Positions 1 to 12,917 of a DNA stretch of 64,000 nucleotides are shown piece after piece. A model generated the notes under the pieces. The model searched no databases, was not told where the DNA came from, and saw only the letters and a program-made list of their open reading frames with translations. The position numbers and the translations under genes are program-made. Origin of the DNA: Octopus bimaculoides (lineage: Eukaryota); assembly GCF_001194135.2 (NCBI RefSeq), contig NC_068997.1, positions 56,602,355 through 56,666,354 on the forward strand, written 5' to 3'. The stretch's first letter is position 1. Each line of letters starts with the position of its first letter.

Positions 1-27
1 CTCTTATATTCAGTCGTATACACATAC

Positions 28-200
28 CGGCGTGGCTGTATGGTAAGAAGTTCTCTTCCTAACCACACGGTTCCGGATTCAATCTCACTACGTGACACAT
101 TGGGCAAGTGTCGTCCACCATAGTCTTGGGCCGACCAAAGCCGTGTAAGTGGATCTCGAAGACAGAAACTGAAAGACGCCCATTCTGCATATATATGTGT
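28..200 (+). mobile_element. tRNA-derived SINE (family A), 5' part
   Basis: A-box-like GGCGTGGCTGTATGGT and B-box-like GGATTCAATC, then body ...TTGGGCAAGTGTC...CCGACCAAAGCC...GAAACTGAAAGACGCC. Same family as the long copy at 36405-36760. Confidence 0.85.
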
Positions 201-1139
201 GTGCAAGAAATAACAACCAAATCCCCTTCAAGCTTTACCAAATAAGCGAAAGCAATAAAAAATACATAATACATAACAATAATGTATAGTATTGGATAGG
301 TTTGATAGTTCGATGGAGGTGGTCTTGGTCGGTTTCCTCATAGCTGACCTCGAGTCAAACTGCTGCAAATTCATTTCAATAGAAAATAACTGTTACGGTG
401 GGGTCCATCAAAGCGATCGCTTGATTTCCTAGAAATAGCTGCTTAATTACCCTCAGTAATCACAATATCGCGTCTTAGAAGAAAAGGTCACATTGGATAA
501 TGTAGTCGTTCGGTATTGAAATAAGACTGGATGACCATGGTTGGAACATCTTTCAGTATTGTTCTACCTGAACAGGAGTAAACTGTGGGTAAACACCACC
601 ACAGCCTCAACCATCGCCGCCACCACCACCAACAACAACACTACTACACCATCACTACCACCACAACCACCGTTAACGAAAACAACAATATCAAGAATAA
701 GAACTCGAATGCTATTTATCTGACCCAGGACCTAACTGCGGTCACCAGTCTGGCTGAAACCTTCCTACACACTTTCATTGGCTTCACACCTGTAAACACA
801 CAATAAATGGGAAATTTCGGGGTGTAACATGAAAGTTTAATTAATACTTGCCTACCATGAGTGAGGCCATAAGTAGCAAGGTGCCCCCCTCCCGTCACTG
901 ATGCCCCTCCATTATGCTCACATTGCATCGGTTCCTGCAATCACACTGTATACAACAATTGGGCATTTAAATATTAAATGAGTGGTGATTGTGTTCACAC
1001 GCACACTGTTAAGTGAACTAATTAATGAACGACCACACCCTTAGACAAGTATCTGCTAGAAATAATAGCCAAATTTTCCTTAAATGATGCTCTCATACCT
1101 TAGAAATAGTTCACATTGAAAGCTATAGGGTAAAGACAC

Positions 1140-1465
1140 GCTTCGGTCGTGAATGACTGTGGGATTGCACCTAGGAAGTTACCCTCCGAGGCACAAGCCC
1201 GGGCAAGGTTGTTTATGGAAGACCAGCAGTCACCCGTGCATACCAGTCTTTCCTCTCCACACCATTGATGTTATCCAAGGGAAAGGCAAAGGGGCCGATA
1301 CAGTTTGGCACCAGTGATGTTGCAACTCATTTCTACAGCTGAGTGAACTGGAGCAACACAAAATAAAGTGTCTTGCTCAAGAGTACAACACACAGCTCAA
1401 CACGCGAAATCGTTACCTCATGATTGTAAACCCGACGCTCAAACCAGTGAGCCATGTGCCTTCAT
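1140..1465 (-). mobile_element. tRNA-derived SINE (family B, CTTGAGCAAGACACTT central domain)
   Basis: Reverse complement starts TGAAGGCACATGGCTCACTGGTTTGAGCGTCGGG and continues ...TCTTGAGCAAGACACTTTATTT...GCTCCAGTTCACTCAGCTGTAGAAATG. Related copies at 32420-32580 and 36890-37050. Confidence 0.8.
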
Positions 1466-2329
1466 TAAAAGACACAGTCCAGGGAAAATAAAGCTTTGGT
1501 GAAATGAAAACAGAAAAGTCACAGATGGAACGCTTTTGATCAACGGGCCGCTAAGTCAGGTCTAACCTGAGATTAAATAACGTAAGAGTTTCTTTTTAGT
1601 TCCTGAACCCGCCAGGGATAACACCCAATCTCCCTCAAATCATATCCTAGTTTCTTGAAAATAAAAAGCGACATAATGTCGTTTTATAATGAGATGATGG
1701 ATGGGGTGTCTTTGACTGGGTTCCCTACGTCAGGAATGACCAGGGAGAAGCAAGAAAAACAGTTTCAGTTTGAAATTGGGAACGTAAATAACGGGGAATG
1801 TTTTCCTAGAACAGAAACCAGGGATGTAGAACCGATTCTGCATCGACAGTCCCGCTACCACCACCACCGCCGCCGCCAGACTTAGATCAAAATTCAATAC
1901 AAAATGGAAATTCTTTATCAATTCAAATTTAAATTACATTTTTTCTCTTTCATTTAATTTCAATTTTAGTTTGAATTTCAATTTCAGATTCTGAAAATTA
2001 AAAAAAAAATAGAATTGACTTTGTATAGAAAAAAAAATCTCTTAGTTTTAGTAATTAGAAATTTTAAAGTGAGAAAAGGAAAACAGAATAAAAATGAAAA
2101 TATAGCAGAACATCGATTCCCATGTAACATTACGAAAAGGTACCCTCCCCTCGTCAAATATCATCTGGTACCCATCAATATTCTGTCTCCAGCCAGTGTT
2201 ATGTATAATGTTATTGCTTCAACAAGGCTTTTGTTAAACACAATGGTAAGATAATGGAATTAATGTTCATCTATTATCGTTTAGTTAGGGAATGGACTCT
2301 ACTAAAGGCATCGCAAGTCTCAGGTAATT

Positions 2330-2900
2330 GCGTTAAACGAGGCAATGGGTTAAGTTGCCCATCTATGTTGATTATTCCAGTCTTGAACAGGTAAACTTGA
2401 TACACTTACCTGGTTCCGATGCCTTCTCTCTTGCAAAGGCTTGGTATCTGTTTAAAGGAAATTTCCTCTTACCAATATTGACATCCAGAAAAACACCAGG
2501 CTTTCTGATTGAGCCTTACCATAAAAGCCATTTTACCTTAGTCTCTGGTATGAATTTTAACCCATATCCTCATAACCGTCTCTCCATCCATCACAGAGAT
2601 CCCATAAAGCCATTACACACATTATCCTTTTCCTTCCTCCTACATGCACCACAATATCCTCCCATTTCTCGTTCGTCTCCTCATTAGCTCCTCTTTAGAA
2701 TTTCCTTTCAGTGATCTGCAACATATTGAATATTTCTAGTGGGTCGCTCTATAGATGGTTCCAGCTTCAAAGATTCCCTTCGCTGAATTCTTCTCACAAC
2801 ACACTTCAACCAAAGCCAAAAATCGAACAAACTGACTGGCACAGAACATTGGAAACCTAAGACACCGCTTTTATGATAGTGACACTTGTTTACAACTATC
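2330..2900 (-). pseudogene. Highly decayed LINE RT fragment (RTE/CR1-like)
   Basis: Minus-strand pieces IQYVADH (~LLYADDL), SKEELMRR and GYGLKFIPETK (~GLKVNxxKTK) occur in the expected order, with stops and frameshifts. Confidence 0.35.
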
Positions 2901-3039
2901 ACGCGATGTCAATGCAGTGACGGAGACACATACACCTGTGCACACGTATATACACGCACATATTTATATACGCACACGCTACATACGTACGTACATACCC
3001 ATATATGTGCAAGTGTACCAGTGAGTATGTAGATAGGTG

Positions 3040-3190
3040 TTTCTTTCAGCTTCTGTCAACGAAATCCACTCACAAGCTGGCCTGTGGCTATATACCTCAA
3101 GACTTTTGCCCAAGGTACCATGCAGTGGATCTGAACCTGACAACGTGTGGTTTAGAAACCATGTCTTTATTCACACGATATAACTGCGTC
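3040..3190 (-). mobile_element. SINE family A, 5' fragment
   Basis: AAATCCACTCACAAGC...CTTTTGCCCAAGGTACCATGCAGTGGATCTGAACC...GTGGTT matches the family A head in reverse. Confidence 0.7.
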
Positions 3191-5094
3191 TAAGGCAACG
3201 TTAATTGTATTGTGATTTGGACTCAGAATGCAGACATCCAGGACAACAAAAGCCATTCTATGTAACCCAGTAGTATTTCAATTCATACAACGTCCTTCCC
3301 ATCTCTGCCACAGAAAGCTCCCCCCCCCCTACTGTAAGACACAGATTCTGATTAGTAGTTGTTGAAGAAATGTGTTTGTGGATAGTTCACAGGCTGGATG
3401 CATGCAGACGAAAGAGCAATAATACTCGAAATATGCACATACACATTTTTTCCTTTTTCGATCTCATTGTTTATGTAGACGTATTCGCATCCGAAAGATC
3501 GCAACTTTCAGAGTTGGCTCTAATTTCTCTCTATATAAAACTGTACAAATAAACTTAAAAAGCGATAGATTCTGAATATTTCACATCTAAATATTGATAG
3601 TGAAATAGATTTATAGTCGTGTGTAAATCAATTCATTACAGGCAACTGTTTAATTAGGAAACGTTTATTTAGAAATTGGATTAGAACCTGTTGTCAGCCA
3701 GGTCAATTGAGGTTGTGTGCTTAACTCATACTAAACAACGTGGGAATATCTAAGTGGTTATTTAAACTGCTATAAGAGAAACACAAACCAATACATTAAC
3801 CATGTAATTATATTAAATACAGTTAAATGTTAATGTAGATTTCTATGTTTTGGGTGGGCAACAGGGTGGGAGAAGAGCAACAACTGAGACATACTAAAGT
3901 ATGGCACGGAATAACAGAACATACCTTTACACAACCATAAAATATAAACAACAACAGTAACAACAACAGCTGCAACAATAACTTATAAACAACAACAACA
4001 ATAATAGTAATAATAATTCAAAGAAAAATATTAAATCTTTGAAGATAAGGGTGTAGTTGAAAGTATTGATTTACTAAGAGATGATTCATGTTTTTCGTAT
4101 ATTTTCCATTTTCTAGAAGATTCCGGAATGTGATATATTTATTTATGTATTTGTTTATATATTTATATGTTTATATATTTATATACGATATCAAAAACCT
4201 TATGTTTTATCGTATTTCTTTTTTTCTTATCTGTTGTTTATGGAGCAGCAGGGGTGGGGGTGCCTTTATCGTTATTGTGTTATATTCTGCTGTTTTATTT
4301 TATATATTCTATTTTGTCTTTTTTTTTGTTTGTTTTTTTTATTTATTCTTTCACTTTAAATTCCACTCAGCTTCAGATGTCTGAAATGATTGATAATAAT
4401 CATCTCACTTCAACAAATATCAAAAATATACGACAACAACCATAACAAACAACAATAATTCATATATTAGCCACAAGGACCCACATATACGATACAAAGA
4501 AAGCAATAAATAGGGGTTCACACAGTGTATAGGGACGTATAGTTAGGTTATAAATGCGAGATGAGGTAGAAAACATAAAAGCAGTTTATATAATATGGCA
4601 GTTTTATATTTGGAGAGACAAATCAAATTCCAATATATACTATTAGTGTAACCCATCGATTGGGGTCCAACATCACAAAGATTGTAAACCCACAGCTGTC
4701 GATAGCCCTTTTGTGATCTTTTTTAGCCACGAATTGTTTAGGAGCCTCTGGTACACATCCACTACATAGACTCTTCAAAAGTCAAGGCAGCATTTGGTTG
4801 GTTCTATTTTAAAGCTATTCATTAAACTGTCTTCTGGACCACGGAAAATCCAGGAATTCCGTTGCAGTGGGCACTTCTTTGTAATCGTGTTCCAGCGTGT
4901 TGTTTGTATTCGTCGTTTACCTGGGATTATTATGCCTTACCTCTCTTCCAATTCTCCCATTCTTCAGTTTTAATTGACTCATCATCACAAGACAAAAAGA
5001 GGTCTATAGATTCTAGCAGATTCTGTGCTAGAGCGCAGTGGGCATGGATCCTTAGTTTCTTGGCCACCAATTGGTTTCTGGAATTGGTAACTGA

Positions 5095-5855
5095 TATGTC
5101 TCGCGTTATGACGACGTATTTCGTCGTCTGCATGACTGGCCCGTACGGCGTACCTCGCCAACTGACCTTGCTTGCTGTGTCTGTCCACTATTCATCAGTA
5201 GTCTCACTTAAGCGTGTCCGCCACATCTCCACCCCTTTGAAATTTTTCTTTCTTTCACACAACATCATTATTTTTTCCTCTTCAAGTAGTACAAGTCTGC
5301 ATTGTTTACTGGGAGCGTTACTAACACACAGCGACCTGACTTAAATCCTTCACATGGACTTATTATTATTGTTGTTGTTGTTGTTATTTCTTCCACGCAG
5401 AATTATTTTTTCCTTCCGAATACCGCAGGTAGCGCTACTGACACGTAGCGACCTGACCAAAATTCTTCGAACGGATTCATATTATTTTTCGCTGTGTTAG
5501 TTCAGTTCTGTGCTAGTTCCAGTTTTATCAGACATCTTTTTATTCGGAATCTTTTTTCCATAGAATTTATATATTTTTCACTGTGTGTATGTTTCAAATT
5601 CTTCAAATTTTCCACTGTCTGTAGTTCTTCCATTTCGACACTCCTATGAGCGTTTCGTAACCTCGTTACCACTGTTATAACGACAGTGTGAGGGATCCTC
5701 GTCGCTACTGTCATTTCCCGTATTATGACGACGTATTTCGTCGTCTGCGTGACTGACCCGTACAGCGTAACTCACCGACTGACCCTGCTGGCTGCGTCTG
5801 TCCACTATTTATCAGTAGTGGAACAGCTCACTTCTCACGCGCGGGTGTCCGCCAC
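5095..5855. repeat. Unclassified repeat with two pairs of direct repeats
   Basis: A ~100-130 bp unit at 5105-5225 recurs at 5722-5855. A second ~60 bp unit (AGCGxTACTxACACxxAGCGACCTGAC) occurs at 5305-5375 and 5425-5490. Confidence 0.75.
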
Positions 5856-6539
5856 AACAGTAACAATGAGAAAAATAAACAATTTGAGTTGCTTCGGCCT
5901 CATCTATTTTCGCAGTTGTCACTGGTGGTGCTCTGGAAACAATAGCAGCATCAACCATAGAAGCCGAATGTTTCATTGGCTGAGAGGGCTGTCAGAATTT
6001 TAGGTTGACTTTTGTCTCGAAGACAAAGACAAAGCCCCATGGATGGATGCATATGTCCAACGAATAGACAGAAAAAAGCTGGACGTTATTCTTTGACCTG
6101 CAAGAAATAGCAGCCAAATTATACCCTACAGTCTAAGTAAATAAATAAAACCCATTAGATATTGTAGTGCTAGATTATACCAAAATATGAGACCGCCATG
6201 GCAAGATTATTTTTTGTCGTATGCTTTCTCAGAACTGACTGACCTAAAGATAAACAATAAAATCTACAGGAAAATTTTAAAAAAAGGATCAACAAATAAT
6301 TGCAGCCACTGCAATACTACCACCACCATCATCATCATCTTTATCCTTTAACATGCATCTTTAATGCTAGAATGCGTTGTATCTTGTTAATAAGTATTTG
6401 TGAGTTTGGGGGCATAATTGGTGGAATGAAGTTTGTCATATTCTGTGGTCTTTTTAACCGATGGTTGACCTACTAGATGTAGCAGCCTAATCCATTTTGT
6501 AATCCATTCCTGCTATTTAAAAAATAAATGAAAGGTGAA

Positions 6540-7290
6540 TTCGATAAATATGGTCCGAGCAACTCAATGTCAGCTGATAAGTAAGGATAGCTCAGGAAGG
6601 AAAGTCTTCCGTTAGAGATCTGCACAGGCAGGACCTGAGTCGAACCAACAACGACAACGACGACTACTACTACTACTACTGCCGTTGCTGCTGCTGCTGA
6701 GGTTAAGACAGTTAGACCTATGTGGCAGCTGCATCTGCCAAAACAAGCAGCCAAATAACCTTCAGTAACGTAAGAGATTCATACACTGGAAAAAGCCAAA
6801 TTCCATACAAGTTTCTAGGAAATGAAAATGGAACACCTTGATATCATCCCCATATGCAGGTGTCTTATAAAGGAAAGACACACTGGATACAAAAACGACG
6901 GAATAAAAGGCTAGGTGGTCATATCCGGAATGTTTTTCATCTATAGACCAAACTTGAGACCTAACAACAACAACAAGAGAGAGGAACATCTTTAAAGAAT
7001 GCATCCCTAGAGACAGCGTTATATCTTTAAATAATATGACTAGACTGTCGTGGGTGGACTGCCTTGGATCATAGTTGTGTTGTATCAAAGGCTGAAAGTG
7101 GTTGAGCACCAGTACAAACAACAAAAACACCAATGGAAGACATTGGACAAAGTAGTCGTCGATAGATTGTAGTTGAAGGAGAAAAAAATGAAACGATAGG
7201 GTTGGTGGTGGTGGTCATAGCTGGGACAGCTTTGATCATCGGTCTGTTAGATCCTGGCTGAACTGGGGAGACACAACAATAACTGCTACG
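6540..7290 (+). repeat. Cluster of four decayed copies of a (CAA)n-terminated retroposon 3' module
   Basis: Units near 6590-6680, 6905-6976, 7035-7125 and 7190-7290 resemble GGTCATGGCTGGAA...GATC...GCTGACCTGGGGCTAAACAACAAC. The same module appears near 530-620, 1520-1770, 22240-22290, 23950-24020, 30890-30955, 33160-33220 and 62000-62150. Confidence 0.6.
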
Positions 7291-7616
7291 CATTTTATTA
7301 AACCCTTACAAGGAAACAGATTTATAATGATCGAATATTGATCAATGGCGGTCATAAAGTGAGCTATTTTGACATGTACACTCCATAAATATTGTCTTCA
7401 CACTTTACTGGTGATGACAGGCGGAAATAAAAACAGAAACATTGTACAATGACAGAAAAGAAAAATAATCAAAACTCTCTCTTCCCCTCTCCCATCCCTC
7501 CCTCTCTCTCTCGATAAAAACTCGCACACACGTAGGATGCAAAGGTAAGCATTAAAAAGAACAACAAAGGGAGAACAAACTTTGACAAATATGGTATTCG
7601 CTTAACGCTTCATTGG

Positions 7617-7618
7617 GA

Positions 7619-7659
<41 letters not shown>

Positions 7660-7740
7660 TAGAGAAGAGAGAGAGAAAGAGAAAGGAGAGAGAAAGAAAA
7701 ATGAAATATTGACGGAAAGAGAGAAAGAAAGAGTGTGAGG
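7617..7740. repeat. (AG)n microsatellite
   Basis: Direct sequence. Confidence 0.95.
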
Positions 7741-7981
7741 CATGAAGTGTAAGAATTTTAGATGGATAAATATATGTGTGTGTGTGACTATGAATATGCG
7801 TATGTATATACGTATATGTTTCTCTCTGTTTAAACGCTTTTAAAAACAAATGCATCAATAAAGCTCTGATGAAGCTCTAGACCATCGCTTGTAACAGAGA
7901 CAAGGCACTGGTAGCTGAAAGAGATCAAAACTAATATATGAATTACGTATCTCTAGTGCTTAGTCATTTATTAATTAACTG

Positions 7982-8012
<31 letters not shown>

Positions 8013-8479
8013 TATACATATATATACTGTGGAATAAATGGGTTAAATCCTAATATTGATATATGACAATAAGTTTTTCATTTTTATTTTTCATCCCATA
8101 ACCATCACCATGCCTTATGAAGACCCTTCACTGTCAATGAAAATCCGAATGTCTAAGATCGTAGAATAGAAGACAAATCGCAGGGGTATGGCTACATTAT
8201 TACTCCATGTACGTGTGCTTGCACCCTCTCAGGACTGCACAGGAAATATAAAAAGAAATGGCTGATACCATGACAAAAGCTGAAAACGGAATATTCTCTT
8301 GAACTGAAACTCTAAAATCTGTCTCGACATTGGAAAATGATGAGACGGGAATTAAGTAATTTCAATATTAATTATTTTCTCATTATCTTTTCTATTTCGT
8401 TCATACTCTCTCCTTTAATTTAGAAGGAAGTCAGTAAGCTGAATATATATATTTGTAGAAGAAAAGAATGTGTTTTGAA

Positions 8480-9080
8480 TGGCACAACAATACACTATAA
8501 TAACAACAATGGACTATAATAACTTTATATACTTTAATCATCTATCGGCTGATATAATATTTCGGAATATAAAAATTCCTTCTTCAGATATCGTTAGAAA
8601 TTGATCGAGGCACTGCTATAATCGGTTCTCCAAAGGTTTTTGTTTTTCTGGAAGCGTCTCTGCACTGGTCTCCCAAATCTCCTTCCGAAATTCCTCAAGA
8701 GAAGTGCGTGAGAGTGGCCCTGTCTCAAGCTCGTGTGTTCTGGCACATCCGTAACGCTGCTTCTAAGTTATGTATTATACGTGCAGTTTCCTTTTTTGTT
8801 TTCTAAATAATACATGAGCATGTTATCAAAAATGAACCTACACGCATCCAGATGTAGCTAAATAATATAATGTCTCCCAACCTCCAACCTGTTATTAATT
8901 TGGGGGCCTAGTCTGTCTATGAGGATTAGTTTCCTTAATTCATAGATTACCCAAATATCTTTCATTGGCCTCATTTGTGACTTATGCTTTTGTCGGTGCT
9001 CTGGCATCTGTCTAGATGTTTTCTGAAGGAGGAGGCTCTCGTTTTCAGATGTTCTTTGATGCGGACGTGTAACGGTCTTG
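8480..9080 (-). mobile_element. Penelope-like element 3' remnant (GIY-YIG C-terminus, 3' region, hammerhead)
   Basis: Minus strand translates RPLHVRIKEHLKTRASSFRKHLDRC...NL*IKE...RPQINNRLE (one frameshift), typical of the PLE GIY-YIG end. A hammerhead ribozyme follows about 300 bp downstream. Confidence 0.8.
8551..8592 (-). ncRNA. Minimal type-I hammerhead ribozyme (PLE type), intact core
   Basis: GAUAU-CUGAAGA-A-GGAAU(UUUUAU)AUUCC-GAAAUAUU-AUAUC: 5-bp stem I, 5-bp stem II, palindromic AUAU stem III, AUU cleavage triplet. Confidence 0.85.
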
Positions 9081-9659
9081 CTGTTGATGGTGGTGATGGT
9101 GACTCTGGTGCTTAGAAATGAAGATGGTAATATTGGTGGTTATATAAATATAAAGCTTTGGTGGTAGCGATGGTGAAAGGGGGGGGGAGGCTATTCACAG
9201 CAGTGATTGCCATAATGCTAATGTTGTTGAGGTTGAGGTTGCTCGGAGTAGGGGGGGGGGCTCTGATTTGTTAGTATTGTCGGTGATGAAGCTGGCCATC
9301 TTATGCATAATGATGCTGACCCTCTTACAGATGATGCTAGCATTATTAGTGATATTGCACTGTTGAGGGTGTCAGCAATGGGGGAAAAAGACAAAGAGAA
9401 TGTGATAGACTTTGTATTGTTAGTAATTTTGTTACTAGCAGTAGTCGTGGTGGTGGTATTGGAAGGAGAAGTGTAAATAGTGACATAAAGGTAGAGGGGT
9501 TAGTGGTGATAGTGCTGTAAGTCTCAGAGTAGAAATAAATCAGGTTAGCTATAAAAGATGAAGGAATCTATTTCTATCGCATTATTATATTTATGCTTTA
9601 TATTCAATTGTAACGAGGTAAATACTGTAGACGTACATATGCAGACAACGGATACAGAA

Positions 9660-9674
9660 TATATGTATATATAC

Positions 9675-9763
<89 letters not shown>
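9660..9763. repeat. (AT)n microsatellite
   Basis: Direct sequence; source of the IYIY ORFs. Confidence 0.95.
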
Positions 9764-9766
<3 letters not shown>

Positions 9767-10490
9767 TCACAAATAGATGTGTATGTGCTTGTGTATTTGT
9801 ATACATATATACACACACAAACGCAATCATACACACGCGTAAATATATATGAAAATGCATCATATACTCATGAATATATGAAAAAATGACTAGAAAAAAA
9901 TGTCAGTGTGTATGTATGCCATCGCTGACTATATATACATCTGTATCTACTGTATTTACATTGCTACAACTCAATATACATAGATATTACATGTGTGTGT
10001 GTGTGTGTGTGCATATATGCGCGCGCACATGTGTATGTGTATAGTTTGTCTGTAGTAGTTCTCTACTTATATACTTTTAAATTACCATTGCATTCATAAT
10101 AATTTTTAAGCATTTAATGAGCAGCTAACTATAATTTTAAACACGCCGGCGTGTTAGCGTGTTTGTATTTACGCATCTTAATGCACACGGGTGGATCCCA
10201 CCGCACCTAGGGCTAAGCTCAGCTTGCCTTGTCAATTTATAAGATTTCCGTTGTAATCATTCGCTTATTTCATTAACGATAAAAGTGAAAATTATAAATA
10301 ATAAGCACACACGCAAAGATTAATTTGAATGAAATTCCGAAGACGGCTCAGATGACCAAACCTTCGAAGTCACTGCCAATACTATTTTTTTTTAAAGAAT
10401 AAGTTGCTACTCTACAAAAGAATGGGGTAACCCAGATTTAATGTAAAAGTATTTTTATTATGACTAGACACAAAAAAAACATTAATTTAC

Positions 10491-10570
10491 ATGTGCGTGT
10501 GCGTGTGCGTGCGTGCGCGCGTGCGTGCGTGCGCGCGTGCGTGCGTGCGTGCGTGTGTGTGTGTGTGTGT
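10491..10570. repeat. (GCGT)n/(GT)n compound microsatellite
   Basis: Direct sequence. Confidence 0.95.
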
Positions 10571-10676
10571 TATAACGGAACATGAAATAAACATTAATAT
10601 CTATCTATATACTCACACACACACACACACACACGTTTGTGTATATATGAATCTATGTATTTATAAGTATAGATAT

Positions 10677-10709
<33 letters not shown>

Positions 10710-11896
10710 TTGCGTGTATACCTATAAGCACATTTATGCATATGTGTGTGAATGTATGTCCTTATATATACGCTCGTACAAGCAGACCTACGCGAATAAA
10801 ACTATAGGTTGTTGTCAGTAGTGTGGGGAAACCTCCAGGTAATACATGCATGACGTACATTTTCCTCGAAGGCACAGGTAATCGTCCTTGGATCCTTTGC
10901 TCAGTAGTGACACTTAAGTAAAGCATATATTTTAGTCTTTTGTGGTTAAAAGATTGCACGTATTCTTCTTCTGCATCTGTGTTTTTGTATGAGGTAATAA
11001 ATCCCGGGTTTGAAGTGTTTCGATGTCAATCTCACGGAGACGTAAGAGCTGTTATGTAATATATCGCCATCTATGGCATCTTTGGCAAACAGTTGTTGGT
11101 AGTAATGTAGCTACAGAGACTTGAGTTTTGTTGATTAGTGAACGAAACTTCTTTTAAGTTTACAGATATCATAAATATTCTAAATTACTGGCAAAGTTTA
11201 AGGAAAGAGGAACATGATTATTTGATTGAAATTTTGTTAAATTTTTTATATTTATTCTTTAAATAGAAAACGTTTTTTTTTTTCAAGGAGTTCAATTTGC
11301 TTTGAGTCACTCGCGTAACAGATAAGGATGCAAACTGCAATATTGAAGCATTTGGATGTATTATGGAATATATTTACAATTAATTATATAAATATTAATG
11401 CCCAACTGTATATTAATGACATATCTAATTATAGAAACAAAATATCCTGACTCGTGCATATGAAACAGTTAATTAAAATTTTGAATTATTTTCACTGTTT
11501 TCACTCTTTTCAGCTTGCTTAGACTATAAACCAATGTACAAGACAGCAATTGCTCTCACAGATTTCTCTTTCCCCACAAATCTCTGATTATTTTTATGAA
11601 TTTTCTTTGGAATATTTTTTACATTTGACATGCGCGATTCTTTCCGTAATTTGTATATTAATCTCTGCATTATGTGTCTATGACGAACATCTCCCCTACC
11701 TTGTAACATTATGCCTTTATCAAATGACACCCCCGCCTCCCATTCATTCTATTGTTTCCTCCTACACTATTCAATGTGTGCCTTTCATTGTCGCTGACTA
11801 ATTCGTAATATATATATATATATATATATATATAGGTGGATAGAAAGATAGATATATAAATGTATCGAGGTAGGAAGGCAGATAAACACAGTTAGG

Positions 11897-11928
<32 letters not shown>

Positions 11929-12741
11929 GTATTACAAGTATATGTTATTTTGTATGTGCATATGCATGTGAGTGTACATTTTCATATCTATGTAAATGTA
12001 TATAATTTCATTACTTTCTATGGTTAACAGTGGAGTAACATACACCCACATACACTCTCACATACACACACACTCACTCACAAGCATATATATATATATA
12101 TATATATTAGCGTGCGTAAATAAAATACCATGCGACTAACTGTAAGTACACAGAAATACACACACACTGAAACATATACATGCATGTATTATTTAAAGCT
12201 GAAATTGCAAGATTTGCGACTATTAGCTTCGTGGTTTACCAATTTCGAAACAATCAATAAATAAACGAAACAATTTTATATTTATATACGAATAAATTAT
12301 TAAAAACATTGATTCAGCACGCTACCAATATAAACCTTTTGATGTAAGATTATTATATCTTACATCTGTCAGTCGTTCCCTCACTAATCTTCATGATTTA
12401 TGATGACAAAAATACCGTATATCGGATGCATGTTAGCAAAAGAAATTACTTTAGTTTTTTAGAGTGTGGATTATTATAGAACCTTTGTATTGAAACACGG
12501 AAACGTGGCAAGGATAAAAATGAAATTAATTCTAGAAATAATATCCATTCACAGCTGCAGAAATGCAGAAGACTTAAAGCCATTTTGGTCAATGTCCGGT
12601 ACCTTCTCCATACAATTGCACGCATTTTTAATCAATTATATAATAGATATACATTTCCCAAAACAACATGAAAATTCTAAGATATTTAATAGTAATTATT
12701 TACATTTGACAGATATTTGTCCTCATCTTGTTTGTTGTTAC

Positions 12742-12784
12742 CACAACGTTTCAGCTGATATACCCTCCAACCTTCATCAGATGT
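12742..12784 (-). ncRNA. Minimal hammerhead ribozyme, near-intact
   Basis: ACAU-CUGAUGA-A-GGUUG(GAGGGUAUAU)CAGCU-GAAACGUU-GUG: core intact, stem II has two G-U pairs, palindromic ACGU stem III, GUU triplet, short stem I. Confidence 0.75.
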
Positions 12785-12851
12785 CTTGGGGGAAATTTCG
12801 AACCTTGGTTCTCATTCCTAAGATATTTTTCGATGTTATTATTATTATTCA

Positions 12852-12917
12852 GGTCACTGCCTAGAATCGAACTCGGAATCTTGGAGTTAGTAACCCCCTG
12901 CTCTTAGCCACTACGCC
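12852..12917 (-). other. tRNA-like Pol III promoter module (not a functional tRNA)
   Basis: GGCGTAGTGGCT A-box and GAGTTCGATTC B-box at tRNA spacing; the acceptor stem is not intact. Confidence 0.7.

Noticed and set aside
1810-1935. Poly-proline frame after TTTTCCTAG
   Set aside because: Driven by a (CCA/CCG)n tract adjacent to a repeat tail; no other support.
6473-7293. Three minus-strand ORFs with signal-peptide-like hydrophobic runs
   Set aside because: They are the antisense of stacked (CAA)n-tailed repeat modules and trinucleotide tracts.
8600-8780. Minus frame resembling a Tc1 C-terminus (SLEEFRKEIWE...)
   Set aside because: It lies between the PLE GIY-YIG end and its hammerhead, so it is better explained as PLE terminal sequence.
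9545-9863. ORFs rich in IY/YI, CV/VC, RE/ER, SL/LS or HT repeats here and throughout the track
   Set aside because: They are translations of dinucleotide microsatellites.
10335-10365. Very decayed hammerhead-like string CCGAAGACGGCTCAGATGACCAAAC
   Set aside because: Two core defects (U4 and G12) and no clear stem I; cannot be supported.
11514-11587. Possible terminal exon ACLDYKPMYKTAIALTDFSFPTNL* after a strong acceptor
   Set aside because: Single short candidate with no compatible upstream exon or homology.
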